Assembly: GCA_048128005.1 (NCBI GenBank)
Contig: JBEUKZ010000038.1
Location: forward strand, 1-64,000
DNA: 64,000 nt
Reading direction: 5' to 3'
From: Veleropilina oligotropha
Taxonomy: Eukaryota
Part shown: one piece after another, positions 28,341 through 41,416 of the stretch
Numbering within the stretch: position 1 is the first letter of the stretch
How the letters are laid out: the number at the start of each line of letters is the position of its first letter
Translations under genes and position numbers: made by a program
Notes under the pieces: generated by a model
Database searches by the model: none
What the model was told of the DNA's origin: nothing
Seen by the model: the letters and a program-made list of their open reading frames with translations, nothing else

Positions 28341-28985
28341 AGGTCCCATATTATTTCACACTGCACTTAAGTTCGACATCATTCATCGAAATCTGTTTGT
28401 GTTCTCCGACCTCCGTCTAATATGTGTATTACATTGAATGGTTGTTGGTCGGGTGAATATATAGTATTTGAAACTGCCTGTGACATGGTCGGTATTATAT
28501 GCACCTTGCGTACTACCGTAGTCATTATACGCCCTTCACTAGGAGGCAATTCGCGGCACCGTGACAAGCATTACTTATTTTCTATTTACTCATCTTTGTA
28601 AAAACAGACAAATTTAGTTAAAATAGACATTTTGTTGATGCGCACACAGGCCCTGAGCAATAGTAGTATACAGGATTGAATTTTGGGTCAGTATTTATTC
28701 AGATTCATGGGTACATTTAATATTAAGTATTAAAACATTTATGTGACGTCATTTATTGTTCTGGGCAGTTGTTTATTCTGCCTATTCAATCGAAGAACAA
28801 AGCTTTCTTGGCGCAGCAGTGGTTTCTTTTCTGGGCATTCAACTAATCCACACCAATCAAGGACTCTCATTGAACTAATCCATCCAATTAAAGACCCTAT
28901 TCAACTATTCCACTCCAATAAACTACAATAGAGGTACCTGGTTGGGAATGAAGTTATTGTTCAATGGTGAAATGTTTTAAGTGAC

Positions 28986-29097
28986 ATAAACTACTGGATA
29001 GAGTTGAATAGTTCAGAGAAAACACTCCTGTCTCGGGCCTCACGGCCCTCGACAGGAGTGTTTTCTCTGAACTATTCAACGCTATCCAGTAGTTTAT
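28986..29097. repeat. Near-perfect 112-bp palindrome/hairpin
   Basis: ATAAACTACTGGATAGAGTTGAATAGTTCAGAGAAAACACTCCTGTC, then TC GGGCC TCAC GGCCC TC, then the reverse complement with one mismatch. Confidence 0.9.
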
Positions 29098-32000
29098 CCC
29101 ATACGTATATTACCTCAATTTTAGTCCTTGAAATAAATGAAACTTCACTGTTACAGACTGCGCTTGAGGGTTTGTGACCCGATGAAGATAGCAAGCAGTC
29201 TTGGTGGGTTCGAGGCCTGTGGAGGCTCATTCTACCGCTTAAAATAATAATCTCAGGCATATGATCTATATATATCATAATATGTAGGATAGATTAGAAT
29301 GAGACCTTAAACTGTATCCGACTTCGATACGCCTGAAAAATTGCCAAAAGTTGTCAAAAACAAAGTTGCCAGATAGAGTGAACACTATAGTCCGTACCAT
29401 GGTGGATTTTCTCCGGAATTTGGACTAGACTCCAATGGTAATATCGTATGGATATGTCATGCTATTATGCTAAAAGTTGTTAAATTGGACATTAAACATC
29501 AATCCAAGATATTGTACAATAATTTGTTGCTTACCCTACTACTATAAACCGCATAACAAATGATATCATCTGTTACAATACAGATCTACAAACTACCACC
29601 TTGCATGCATGGGGTGTGTGCTAGCTGTTAGGTCATCGTTCCACTTTTTGTGTGTCGTTATGTGTACAAGTTTTGTTCCTTTATCAATACTAGTTGTTCA
29701 AGACCACCTGGTATCAAAGGGCATTGCTTCAGGTGTAACCAAACAAATCCCTAATATCCAGATAAAGGACTCCAACACCCCATGTATCCGATAAGTATGT
29801 TTGTTGGCATTGAGACTATGTTATGTCTTCGGTTGCAGATTATGGCCTCTGGTTTCAGATGCACATGTAAAATATGGATGGCCTTACTTGTGCGGTATTG
29901 ATACTGCAAGCTAATAAATACATGCGCCTGCTTATATTAACACCCGAGTTGGATTAGATATATAAATCGAATGAAATGGGAGATATGTAAATATAGGTTT
30001 GTGTGGATTCAGGGTGGTTTACATGGCCAAAGTATATTTAAATAACTGATTATTATAAACACTTGATAGACATTCAAGAAAACTCATTATCATAATATAT
30101 TCTTTTACTTGTCTATTATTATGAAGGTTTACCTATAGAAGCTTAAAATTTATGTTTAACTGACCAGTATAATTTATTAATGCAATAAACTCCTGAGATT
30201 TCCTATTAGGAATATTAAATCAATATCATGCATGCATGTCAAATTAAAACCAAAGACTTTTATTTTTGGAACCGTAGAGTTTCCTTTGATAATCTTAAAC
30301 TTACAAATTATTTAATTAGTAATGCTACCTGTTGTTATTCTATTTTCATTTAAGAGTTATGGAAAATTTAAATGGATTTATTTGCAGTTGTTATAATGCT
30401 ATTCATAATTGTACCCTAGTGTTTTGCAAATAATTTGGATTAAAAAGTTATTTTAGCTGGGGCTGATCTAGGCTTTTGCACCCGTTATATCATGTTTGGG
30501 CGTCGGGAGTTTTGGTGCCCATACTGGAGAAAGTGACAAAATACAACCAATGATTTACCTATAAAATATTATAGTTTATCTGCTATAGGCTGTACTCTTA
30601 AGGCTACGAAATTTAGGCGACAAATCCATATGAAATGAAAAAATTGTCACCATTTACAACGTTATTATGTAGGACTACTGTACACTTTCCCTTGCATCTT
30701 TGTCGATATTCATTTCGCGGGATTGGTTTTACCGATAAACTATCTCCCCTACATCTCATGTGTCTGCTTCATTTTCTGCTAAGATCGCGAGGCTAAGCAA
30801 ACGTAATTACCATGATTATGGCATAGATGTCAAATATTTTTCAGAAATAAACTTAAAATATTAAAATAATACGTATTATTAATTCCAATTGATACTGTTT
30901 TTGTTTACTTTAATTGTTTAACAGCAATACTGGCAACTTAATATTCATACTTTTTTGCAATGCCACGTCCACGAACTCTTTGCTGATGTAATGCACCACT
31001 GCTCGTTTCCTATGGCTATTGAGAGTTTTGCCAATTGTTCCACTTTCTAAACGCCTTGTGGTGTCATTCATTGTCACATTGACTGTCATGTGTTTCCATG
31101 CCTGGTATAATGTTTTTTTTATGGCCTGCGTTCAGCGCAACAAAAGCCATTTGATAGTATAACTTTCCATTACAATCTTAACCAATATAGATGGCGCCAT
31201 TGCTGCCCTCACTTTTAACTTAGGCAATGCCCACTTCGACCGTGCCCAACTTTCCACGGTATTAACTATGGCAAGAAGCTTCGTTTTCTATTTTCATTAC
31301 AAATATTTTAGAATTTGCATACTGTTGGCAGCTTAAAAAGTTGTAATATTTGACTATTGAAGATGTGTTGAGTATATATAATTATTATTTGCTAATAGAA
31401 AATTCGAAAAACAAGATTGGGTAGTGCCAAACTTAGAACTTGGGCATAGGGGAAGTTTGGCGTGACCCTAAAATAACGAATTAAATTTAAACAGGCGTTT
31501 GCAACTTCAAGTCCCGAGACCTAATTTGTCATTTTAAATAAAATATTTATCTACAAATATAAATAACTACGGCACTAATTTTATAAAATTTGCGGACATC
31601 GCGCGGTAGTCTCAAAATGGTGGGCGCGTTAACTTTGATTTGTGAGTGATTACATTCACGGCTATTGTTACTGTCGAGAGTTGAATAAAGAACACAAAAG
31701 GTATTTAAGCTGTCATTTACGAACATCAAAGGAATATGGATATATTCATGAAAAATAATCTTAATGAACAGAAAATTCATACTGATGCGTATGTCAAGAA
31801 CATTGTGCTAGAGGGGTCATCTCTGAAAGAGAGGCTCCTCATCTCTCCAACATAATAAGATATGTGGGATAAGTGTTACTTGTACAAAAATTGTCAATTT
31901 GAAGTCATATGCTATGAATTAATCAAAAGGACTGTTGTTCCACTTTTTCAAGGTGATTATTGTCACAAAATAAAATATTTCCCCAATATATAGAATACAC

Positions 32001-32382
32001 AATGTGGCATAAGTTATGTCACCCTGTCAATTTCTGTGACCTGGAAAATATTGGAAACATATAATATATGTTAATTGTAAAGAGTCGATGTTAATATTCA
32101 TGAAGTACCATCAAATCTGTTACTGTATCTTGCTTCTCAAAGCTTCTAAACTTCAGGGGCGTCGATGGTCACTTGTCTATTCTGAGCCCGCTCGCCTACC
32201 TAGGAGGCCCGGGAAACTGAAATCCTGGATCAGCCACTGTTTAGATTCCGAATTTTATAAGCATGTGCATTCCCGGATAAATATTATTTTAAAATGTAAA
32301 TAAAGCATTATGTATTAATTATTGTTTAAAATTATCAATCAGGATCATAGGATATTTTAATTTCTCTAATGAAATCATTTAA

Positions 32383-32995
32383 AGTTGCATTGCCCATAAT
32401 TATGACATAATGCCCTCAAATGCCTTACTTATCTATATGTAGATGTTATAAAAAGTTTTGATGATTCAAAGTGAAAAAATCTACATTGTTTGTTGTTTTA
32501 TAATAAAAAATCACTGCTGAAATCGGTGCTCGTCGCTGAAATCGGTCGATCTTTCCGCCATTATAATTACCAAGGATGCGTGCATTTCGTGCAATTCCCA
32601 ATTCGGATTTCGACGACTCATCCATTTTCGAGTATACTTGTTATCGAAACATACAGATTCTACGTCAAATACGAATAATTAATTTATCGAATTTGCATGC
32701 GATGTGACAGTACTGTAAAATAGTTAATTAGTGATAAGTTTGCAGCTTAACTGTCCACAAAGCCCAAGTTAACTTTGACAGTGCCCAACTTCATTAAATT
32801 CCCTTCGATGAACGTCCGTCACCCAAATAATAAAACTGGACCCTATTATTTTTAACTTTTAACTCGTAGGCGCTTCAGGGACTCGGTCTAGAGAATTTTT
32901 TGGAAAAATTGCAAAGTTTCTAACTGGCAAAAATACGTTTGCTGTTAGGGTTTAAAATTAACAGCGTTTTTCGCTCACTTACAGGCAATGCATCT
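32383..32995. mobile_element. Kolobok-like non-autonomous DNA transposon with TTAA TSD
   Basis: TTAA|AGTTGCATTGCC ... GGCAATGCATCT|TTAA. Purine-purine termini with a TTAA target are the Kolobok pattern. Confidence 0.75.
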
Positions 32996-33027
32996 TTAAT
33001 ACAAATTTGTTCTTGTTTTTCTTTCAG

Positions 33028-33137
33028 AACACATTACTACACTACGTATAAAGAACGTTACCAGCCTCGCTATCAAACCAAGTATCGGTGCTGCCATGGC
33101 TGGCAGCAACTCAGTGCGGACGACGGTTGCATGTACA
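33028..33137 (+). CDS. MEGF6: MEGF6-like protein, coding exon 3 (EMI domain C-half)
   Basis: TTTTTCTTTCAG| ... |GTAAGT, 110 nt, phase 2-1. Encodes (R)THYYTTYKERYQPRYQTKYRCCHGWQQLSADDGCMY, with the EMI CCxGW motif. Confidence 0.93.
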
Positions 33138-33403
33138 GTAAGTAGCTAAAGTTATTAAAAGGTCTTTAATAAAACTTCCATTGAATCCTGTTTATTTTGC
33201 AATGGTCTTTTATATGTGAACTGTTTTCATAATTGTAGATTAGATTGTTCATGGTCCTAAAGGACTGATGTTTTCATAATATTTAGGTTGAAGATTGATT
33301 TTTCCATATTTCAATTTGGACATTTCGAACCATAAACTACAATCCTTGATGACATAACCATAAAACTAACATTCATGAACACCAGGTAACAGTGCATTCA
33401 TTC

Positions 33404-34027
33404 CAGGGTTAACCCTGGCTTTGGAATCAAATTCGCCAAACTCATTTTTAGCTCGACTATTCTAAAATAGTACGAGCTATTGCAGTCACCCTGTCGTCGG
33501 CGTTGGCGTCAAACTTCAGGTTAACATTTTGCATGAAGGGTCTTTTCTCACGTTCATCGATCCAGCTTTTGATAGTCGAGCATGCTGTCCTTCTGACAGC
33601 TCTTGTTTAATTTGCCAATTGATATTCTTTTTTTCGCCAAGTGTATTGTTGTCAATATTTGCAGTACTTTTCAATTGAATATGAAGATCATTGAGTATGA
33701 CAATTAAAATAACTTTTTATGATATGGAAGTTTTGCAAAAGTACACATTGTCAAACTAACATCAGTGCCTAATGGCTTGATAAATCGAGGTTTCTTCATG
33801 GTTGACCACTTCTAAAAGAATATATTCAAGATCGTCAAGCCTGTCAAGGTCAACATTTAATGAAATTTTCAAAAACAATTTTATTTGTTCACTATTTTCT
33901 TTCATTCGTTTTGATAACATTTTGTTTAGATCAACTATTAAATAATAAATTTGCCAACCAGATTTTTTATTCGCCGAAGTTAAGCTAACTTCATTGGCAA
34001 ATTTGGCGCATGGCAGAGCTAACCCTG
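33404..34027. mobile_element. MITE with CAGGG termini and 5-bp TSD, containing a nested short HINE
   Basis: CATTC|CAGGGTTAACCCTG ... CAGAGCTAACCCTG|CATTC, with internal TT(C/T)GCCAA repeats. Confidence 0.7.
33445..33607 (+). mobile_element. Short, array-less Helentron-associated element (HINE/pearl-like)
   Basis: 5' module TTTTTAGCTCGACTATT...TACGAGCTA and 3' module ATAGTCGAGC + hairpin GCTGTC..GACAGC + TCTTGTT are near-identical to the ends of 57958-59138. Confidence 0.85.
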
Positions 34028-36291
34028 CATTCTAACCGACCCATTGAAATGACTCCAATCCTTAGGCATTTATAAGAGTTTCAACCTGTTCAGTGGCGAT
34101 TCATTTCAGAGTCTTGTCACCTTGGGATATCAATGGTGGCATGCTCTCTCGAAATGATGAAATGTAAACAACTGTTGACAAGCAAATTGTCAACTAAAAC
34201 TTGATCTCTCATTCATAGTTGGGAGACCGCTTTCTAGATATTGCATTACAAATAAGACTTTTGGCACTAGACATGTTTATGTCAAAGAAATTGTTACAAG
34301 TGAATGTTCCATGATCAATGTTATAGTGGAATGACTGGTTGCCAACATGATACAGACCTATAATTGTCCCCCCCCCTGAATGAAATGTCGTTTGTAGCAT
34401 TATTTGGGACTCATTTCATTACGGGTAATACAAACGTCTCTTGTTGAGGTAATTTCGCAGGTTGACACTATATAGGGAATAAGACCGATCTATGGCCCTT
34501 CACTTGACAGCATTTGTTGTGCAAATTCTGTAAATATTTTGTTTGATAAACAAGTTGAATAAATGAAAATGTTCTGTTGAATACTGCTCCAACTACTCCC
34601 TTAGATAAGTCTCTCCCGCCGCACTCTCTCTAACTGTAATCCTGTAGCACTGAGCTGAGCATGCCAGAGCTATCCTTAATGTTGTCTTCTCTTTGCCGAG
34701 AGTCATCCTGCTCCTAAAATTTGATAAATGTAACAGTTTTCATCGCTGTTGTTTGCAAGGCCTGGTTAACGTAGCATATTACCATAAAATTAAATATATG
34801 TACAGCTTTCTTTGACCCTTTTGCAATGATAAGTTTTCGTACTGACCCTTAAATGGTCTTATTTCGAATCCATCCTTCTCCTTTTACTGGATGCCGAATA
34901 ATCTGTCTATAAAAACTCCAATCCCTCGTCGCTCTCCTTAAGGTTATGTAAGGTACGCCGGCTTGCGGCGCAGCTCTGGTATATTATATGTGCCAACGTT
35001 AAATAACATCAAAATTATTATTGCCAAAGGATTCTCCTAAATATTTAATGAAGAGCTTGGTTGAATCAGTGCATATTTTTTACAATTTGATAGGTCATTA
35101 ACATACGTGTAATCAATTGGCTGTTTAATTATTGAAATTACAGAAGATTTAAGAAGACGATAAAAAAAATGAAATATTAAGCGTGTGTAATCAGCAAACA
35201 CTAAAATCAATATAAATCAAAGAAATTTCTGCAATATTTCCTGTAATTAAATATTTATTACAATAAAAATGTATATCAAGGCTGAACAAATACAGTCAAT
35301 ATCTTTAACAGATAACATGATTGTATATAATATATATACATTCAATAATTGCTAATCAGACTTACATTATATCTTATCATAGAAAGTGCGCTTTCACTAG
35401 ACTAAAGAATTATTTTTGCTTAGCATCACGGATTATTCAGACCAATGAATTCGTTTGATTGTTACTTTGTAAACTTGCCCTGAATGCCATTCACCAATCG
35501 AATTGCCAAAGGCTAGAGTGGGCGATGTCAAAACTCATTGAATCGTACTGAAATGTAAAAAATGAAGTTATGAATATGAATAGCGGGTGCAATATTATGA
35601 TGGAATGCCGTTATAATAGAAACATTTCTAAAGTAATTAGATAATAGAACTTCAAAATTAATAAAGGCCGATATCATGTAATGATGTTGTTGTGATATAT
35701 GGGAAACATTTTATTAACAGTTTGACCATACATGTGCAAAATGGTGATAAAAAATATACATATAAATATTTTATAGAAAAAATGTTGCTCACCACTCGAG
35801 ATCTTGAATTATATTCATTTAATGCATTGATCCGTACAATCAATGAATGACCAATAATATTGCAAAGTACATCGTGATCAGTTTAAAACATTTTCACTCA
35901 TAAGATATAGCTTCATTTTACGCTTGAGGAAAGGGTGGACGAGAGGCTAAATTATGAATAACATTGGCGAAGATACTGTCATGGAATGACTATCCGTGTG
36001 ACACTTGACATTTCAGTTTCTATCTTCATTATTCACTGATGGAAAGCTGGAAAGCACATCATTACTTCTAACTTCTTACTTCCATGTACAGTTTTAAAGA
36101 TGGAAAGCTCAAAAGCTCGTCATCGTGTCGGCATATATTCCATGGGCATTACGGTCAATGTTAGTCAGCAGGGTTCGTTACCATTATTCGGAGTTGTAAT
36201 ACGTGGTTGGAAAGTTGGAAAAGGGAAGCGAAGACGAGCTTTTGAGCTTTCCATCTTTAAAACTGTACATGGAAGTAAGATATCTATATCA

Positions 36292-36496
36292 AATATACTT
36301 ACGTCCTTACTAATGCCATAATAAGCCTATTATCGCTAAATCCGGACAAGGTGGAAATGGTAATTTGCACTTTTTAGTAAATTTAACCCAGCTGACCCAC
36401 TGACCTGCTCGACCTCCTCCAGTTCATGTCTATTAAGAGCTCGCCAACTCCCGCGAGATCCTCGTGACCCAAGGGTCAAGACCTCATCCGAAGTTT
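36292..36496 (+). repeat. DIRS left ITR (205 bp identical part)
   Basis: Exact reverse complement of 43272-43476 by base-by-base reading. Confidence 0.95.
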
Positions 36497-37238
36497 TCCG
36501 CTCGATTGAACAAGTCGTGTTTTACTTTGCTCCACATTTTTTTTGTGAAAATCGATCTTTTCGAGCCTGATCTAAAGATCAATATAGCTCATAAGGTTGT
36601 TGATAGTGTTATGTACACGTTTAGTGGAAAATTAGAGAGTTTTCCTCCTGAATAAGCCCTTCTTGGAAGTTTTTCCTGTCGACTACAGACAAAAAACGAA
36701 ATCAACATCCTCCATTGACGACGCCATCTTGAAATTCTGAAAGAGAAAATAAAGAGGACGCTCAGAGGGATATTTAAAGAAGGAAGCTCCCTAGCAATTA
36801 CTACGGAGTCAGGAGAGAGTTGTATTATTGATATTGCTTGAATTTGCATTGCATTTCATTTATATATACGATAATTCCTCAACGACGTTTTTCTTGCTAT
36901 AAACTATCGTTATTTTGGTAAATCTGCTAAGTCGGGGATAACACGCCGAATTCTAACAAATTGATATATATACATCCAAGAGGTTTTAGGTGTAAAGGGC
37001 GGTTTCTGTATAAGAAAGACCTCCCGTTTCTCAATTCGTTGGCCGACTTGTAATAAAAAGGTTTATCAAAGTCGGTGTTTTTGGGCGTATAATCCGCCGT
37101 AAGTTTTTAAGCGTATTTCAGCCTTTTCTAACTCTCGGATCAGGTACAATCGAGGTTGTAGTAGTAATTTGGTAAACTACCCAGGAAATATCCTTATCAC
37201 TTAAAAACCCTATCTCCTACCTACCCGTGTAAGTAGCT

Positions 37239-39484
37239 ATGCAGTATTGCAGTGTTTCCGGGTGCCGACAGAAAATCCGTGGTTTTGACAGGCACTCCGA
37301 ATGCATTATTCACCGTGTTTGTTCTAGCGATAAGAACCATCCATGTGAGCATTGTATAGCACTAACAAATCGGCAGTGGGAGACTCTTTTCCCATCGAAG
37401 AAGACGACCAGGGTGTCTTCTTCCGATGGGACAGCCACCGAGAAGCTTAAAAGTTTAGAGACAGGCTTTGATCCTATACTTTCTGTTTCAGATACTCTCG
37501 GTAATAGCCGTGTTGGGACAGCGGTTATCGCGGGATCCACCGTCCGAACCTCTGAGACTTTGGGAAAAGTCCCAGTAACTTCGTCGGGATCCATGGTTCA
37601 AGTACAGGCCCGAGTGCCGTCCGATTCCTCGCCTTTGGGCCTAGTAACCGCTGCTCATAGTATCTTGCCGGCCAGTAAGATACGTCGAGCGCTGCGGCGA
37701 AAAGCTGAGCAGGGCAGACAAAACCTTTCCTCTCCTCCGGCCTCGGAGGAGCAAGGCAGCGTTAGTCCTTCTGTGAGTCAAGTAACCTCTGAAAAGAGGC
37801 GAAGGAGACTAGCAGAAAAAGTCGATACAGTTGCTGGATACCACGAAAGTGGGAGAAGTTCCAGACGCTCGACGCAACCCGTCCTCTCGTCCGACAACGG
37901 CGCTAGCTTAAAGGCTAATCCCGCCACCGTCGGAGCCCACGAGAGTGATGGAAGGCCAACCTCCTGCGACGCTTCTTTTCAAGACGTCCCGTGTGGTGTG
38001 GTAGGACCGGCTGCGTTCGGGGCTGAGGCTTACGGCGGATTTTCCCCCGTGTCTCACCCGAACAGGGTTACAGACCCGTATAGACTGTGGTCGCAGTCTT
38101 ACGGGTCGTTCGCACCGTTTAACGCGCCTTCGGGCCGTTTCCCCGGCTGCGGTTTCCCAACAGGTAACCCGAGTCCCTGGTACTCGGCTCCACCTGTCCG
38201 TGCAGCCCGTCCACCATGCGCTACGGTAACCTCGAGCGGACCAATGGCTGTTGGTCCGACGTCCGTCATGCCTACGGGTTTCTCTCTTGAGAACGTCCAG
38301 GCTATGATTGCGACGGAAATCGAGGCACGTTGTAGGTCCTGGCAACCGGCTACCCTGCCGCCCCAGGTCCCAACGTCTCTGACCGTAACGCCGGGCTCGG
38401 CTCATGTTTCGGTGATGGAAGTAGATTCTCGTACCAACGAGAACACCACTCCTACTCCTCACTCTGACCTCCCTGAATCGGTCGGACCAGACGGCTCTCG
38501 TAGTCGTTCTGGCACACATGAAGCCGTCTCCGCCACCCGCCGAAGGTACGACGCTGTTGCGTCGCTTCGCGGGGTGCTTGACTTGCTCGACCCGGCCTTG
38601 CCGGTAAGCGGAGTCACGCACAGGACAACGGCACGTCGGTTTGATGGGCCGGAAGCCCCCCTGCTTCCTACCCTACCCCAGTCTGGGTTGGTCTCGCTCG
38701 TCCTCGACTCGACGACTAAATCCATTCAGGGGTCCAAATCGGTGGAGACTTCCACTTTAACGGAGTACCCTAGTGGTCTCCGTAAGGGAAGGTACCTCCG
38801 GCCCAGTAAGCGTCCGATTCCGATCGGGTGCTCTGGGACGTGTCTGGCGACTGAGCCGGTTCAGATCGATGCAGCGATGCGTCGCCTGTCGGCCAGTACG
38901 GCTCCCTCGGTAGTCAAAGTCCCATGGGTCGCCATGGAGGGCTTTGAGAGCTCCGCCCGTCGAGCTCTACGGCATTCCTCCATCCAGGATTCCTTCCTGG
39001 ACGGAGCTATTACCGTGCTACAACAGGATGGACCCCGCGCTCGAGAGATCGCACTGTCCTTCCTCGAAGAGGTTGCCGCCGCCACGGAGAACTACGCGTC
39101 GGAATCAGCCCGATCCTTAGGTAACGCGGTCCTACTCCGTAGAGAGCTTGCCTAGACGGCACCACGTTAGACGACGCCACCCGGCAGTCTCTACGTTGCG
39201 TGCCGCTGTCGGCCCCTACTCTCTTCGGAGACAAATTCGCCGAATTTGTCGAGAACAGAGCGACCGACCTCAAGGATCGCGCTGTTGAGAAGGCAGTCTT
39301 GGATACTCGTCGTAGTACGTCGGCTGCCACCTCAAGGAAGCGCTCGGGACCGTCCCGGTCCCATAAGCCTTCCAAGCGTGCCAAACCTTCGCATAGTGGG
39401 CCTTCTCAGGCCAATAAATCTACTGCGAAAACGGCACACTCCGACCAAATCCCATCAGAGCGGGAGAGGGAAGCCGCGGTCTAG
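37239..39484 (+). pseudogene. DIRS ORF1 (gag-like), frameshifted near 39150
   Basis: 638-aa ORF with an N-terminal Cys/His cluster (CSVSGC...DRHSECIIHRVC...CEHC) and a Ser/Pro-rich middle. It stops at LLRRELA*, but the expected continuation LDGTTLDDATRQSLRCVPLSAPTLFGDKF follows in the -1 frame. Confidence 0.85.
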
Positions 39485-39486
39485 GG

Positions 39487-41416
39487 TTGGTTCGACATCC
39501 AACCCTCGTCGCGACACCACCACCAGGACGCGCTCGTCTCTTATTAAGAGAAAAACAAGCCGTCCTAGACCAGGCAGTGCGGGACTTACTCTCAAACAGA
39601 GCGATTTATCCCGCGCCGCCCAGCACACCAGGGTATTACAGCCACTTTTTCCTGGTCCCGAATACCGCTGGCCGTTGGCGACCGATCCTCGATCTGTCGT
39701 GCCTCAACCAGTATCTTCGTACCGAGATGTTCAAGCAAGAAACACTCTCGAAGATACGAACGGCCATCCGTCCGGGCGACTGGGCAGCGTCTATCGACTT
39801 GACCGATGTGTACCTACACGTTCCGATGCACGTCTCGGCTCACCGGTACCTACGGTCTGTCCACGGGGGAACGGTCTACCACGTCAGGTGTCTACCGTTC
39901 GGTCTATCGTCAGCCCCGTACGTCTTCACGCGGGTAGTACAGGCTCTTGGGGCCTTCCTACACTCGCAAGGGCACAGAGTACACATATACCTCAACGACT
40001 GGTTGATTCCCGGGGCGTCCCGGGATCAGTGCCTCCAGTCTATGAGCGTTACCCTGTCATCGGCGAAGCGCCTAGGATTACAGATCAACAACAAATCCTG
40101 CTTCGTGCCCTCGACGACGTTTACATTTCTAGGGGTCGAATTCGACACGGTCCGGTACACCGCGAAACCGACTCAGAAACGTATAGAGAACCTATGCGCA
40201 GTTATACTGAAAACGAGGTTTTCACGGATAACGACAGCGCAACGACTGACCACTGTCCTAAGGCACATCGAGTCGGTAGCTCCCCTGTTACCGACGGGTC
40301 GCACATAAAAACGACCGTTGCAGCAGGCCTTCAAGGACCGCTGGATACAACGTACGGGACAGTGGACGGATCGCATCGATCTACGGCATTGGTTTACTCG
40401 CACGACAGCAGTGTGGCTGAACACTACCCTGCCGAACCAGTCGGTTCCGCTATCCCCCCCAGAACCGAACGCCTCCCTCTACACGGACGCGTCAAACGAG
40501 GGCTGGGGAGGTCACCTCGACAGTCACGTGACATCGGGCCTTTGGCCGACGGACCTGCAGGGACGACACATAAACTTCCTAAAGTTCGAAGCCGTCTACC
40601 TGTCAGTACGGTCCCTCTCGTCACATCTCCGCACCAAGCACATCATGCTAGCAACGGACAACACGACTGTCGTCGCTTACATTCAGCACCAGGGCGGCAC
40701 TCGCTCCCGTCCACTTTGCGACCGAGCGATCGACCTACACCGCCTAGTGATGTCACTCAACTCGACGATTCGAGCCCGACACATCCCGGGACAGCTGAAC
40801 GTCAGAGCGGATACGCTCTCTCGGAAAACACAGATTCTACACAGAGTGGACGCTACACGCCTGTGTAGCCCGAGATGTCTGTCGCCTGTGGTCGACGCCT
40901 CAAGTCGGTCTATTCGCAACCGAATTCAATCACCGACTCCCTCTCTATGTGTCTCCTTACCCGGACCCGGCCGCTATGGCCGTCGACGCTCTGTCAATGA
41001 GATGGGAGAATCTGATCGCCTACGCCTTCCCACCGTCGTGCATGTTGGCACAAGTACTACGGAAAGCGACCCGCGAAGACTGCGAGTTGACGCTAATAGC
41101 ACCTCTACAACGCACGCAGTCCTGGTTTCCGACACTTCTGGATCTACTCATCGATCAGCCACGAGCGCTACCGCAGATGACAGACCTGTTATCGCAATCG
41201 CGCAGTCGGGTTCAAGACCCGTCGGCGAAAGAGTTTCACTTTCCCGCCTGGCGACTATCGAGAGATCGCTCATCAAGAAAGGCTTTTCTAGAGCGACAGC
41301 CCAGCGCATTTACCGATCTAGAAGACAATCTACAACTAAGGTATACGACTACCGATGGAAGAAATTTGTGGATTGGTGTCGCGGGCGGCACGTCAATATA
41401 TTCCGCCCCCCTGTGA
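39487..41416 (+). pseudogene. DIRS ORF2: reverse transcriptase - RNase H - Dam-like methyltransferase domain, disabled
   Basis: RT: GYYSHFFLVP..WRPILDL..LN, IDLTDVYLHVP, LPFGLSSAPYVFT, YLND, FLG. TAA at 40306-40308. RNase H: YTDASNEGWGG, TDNTTVVAYIQHQGGTRS, HIPGQLNVRADTLSR. +1 shift at ~40840. MT: TEWTL..GLFATEFN..AVDALSMRW..YAFPP..LIAP..WF. Confidence 0.92.

Noticed and set aside
29580..29900. Possible hAT transposase remnant (minus-strand FDTRWS)
   Set aside because: A single short motif among stops; not enough to call without a search.
37908..38621. 237-aa antisense ORF inside DIRS gag
   Set aside because: No recognisable motifs, and long antisense ORFs are expected in GC-rich coding sequence.
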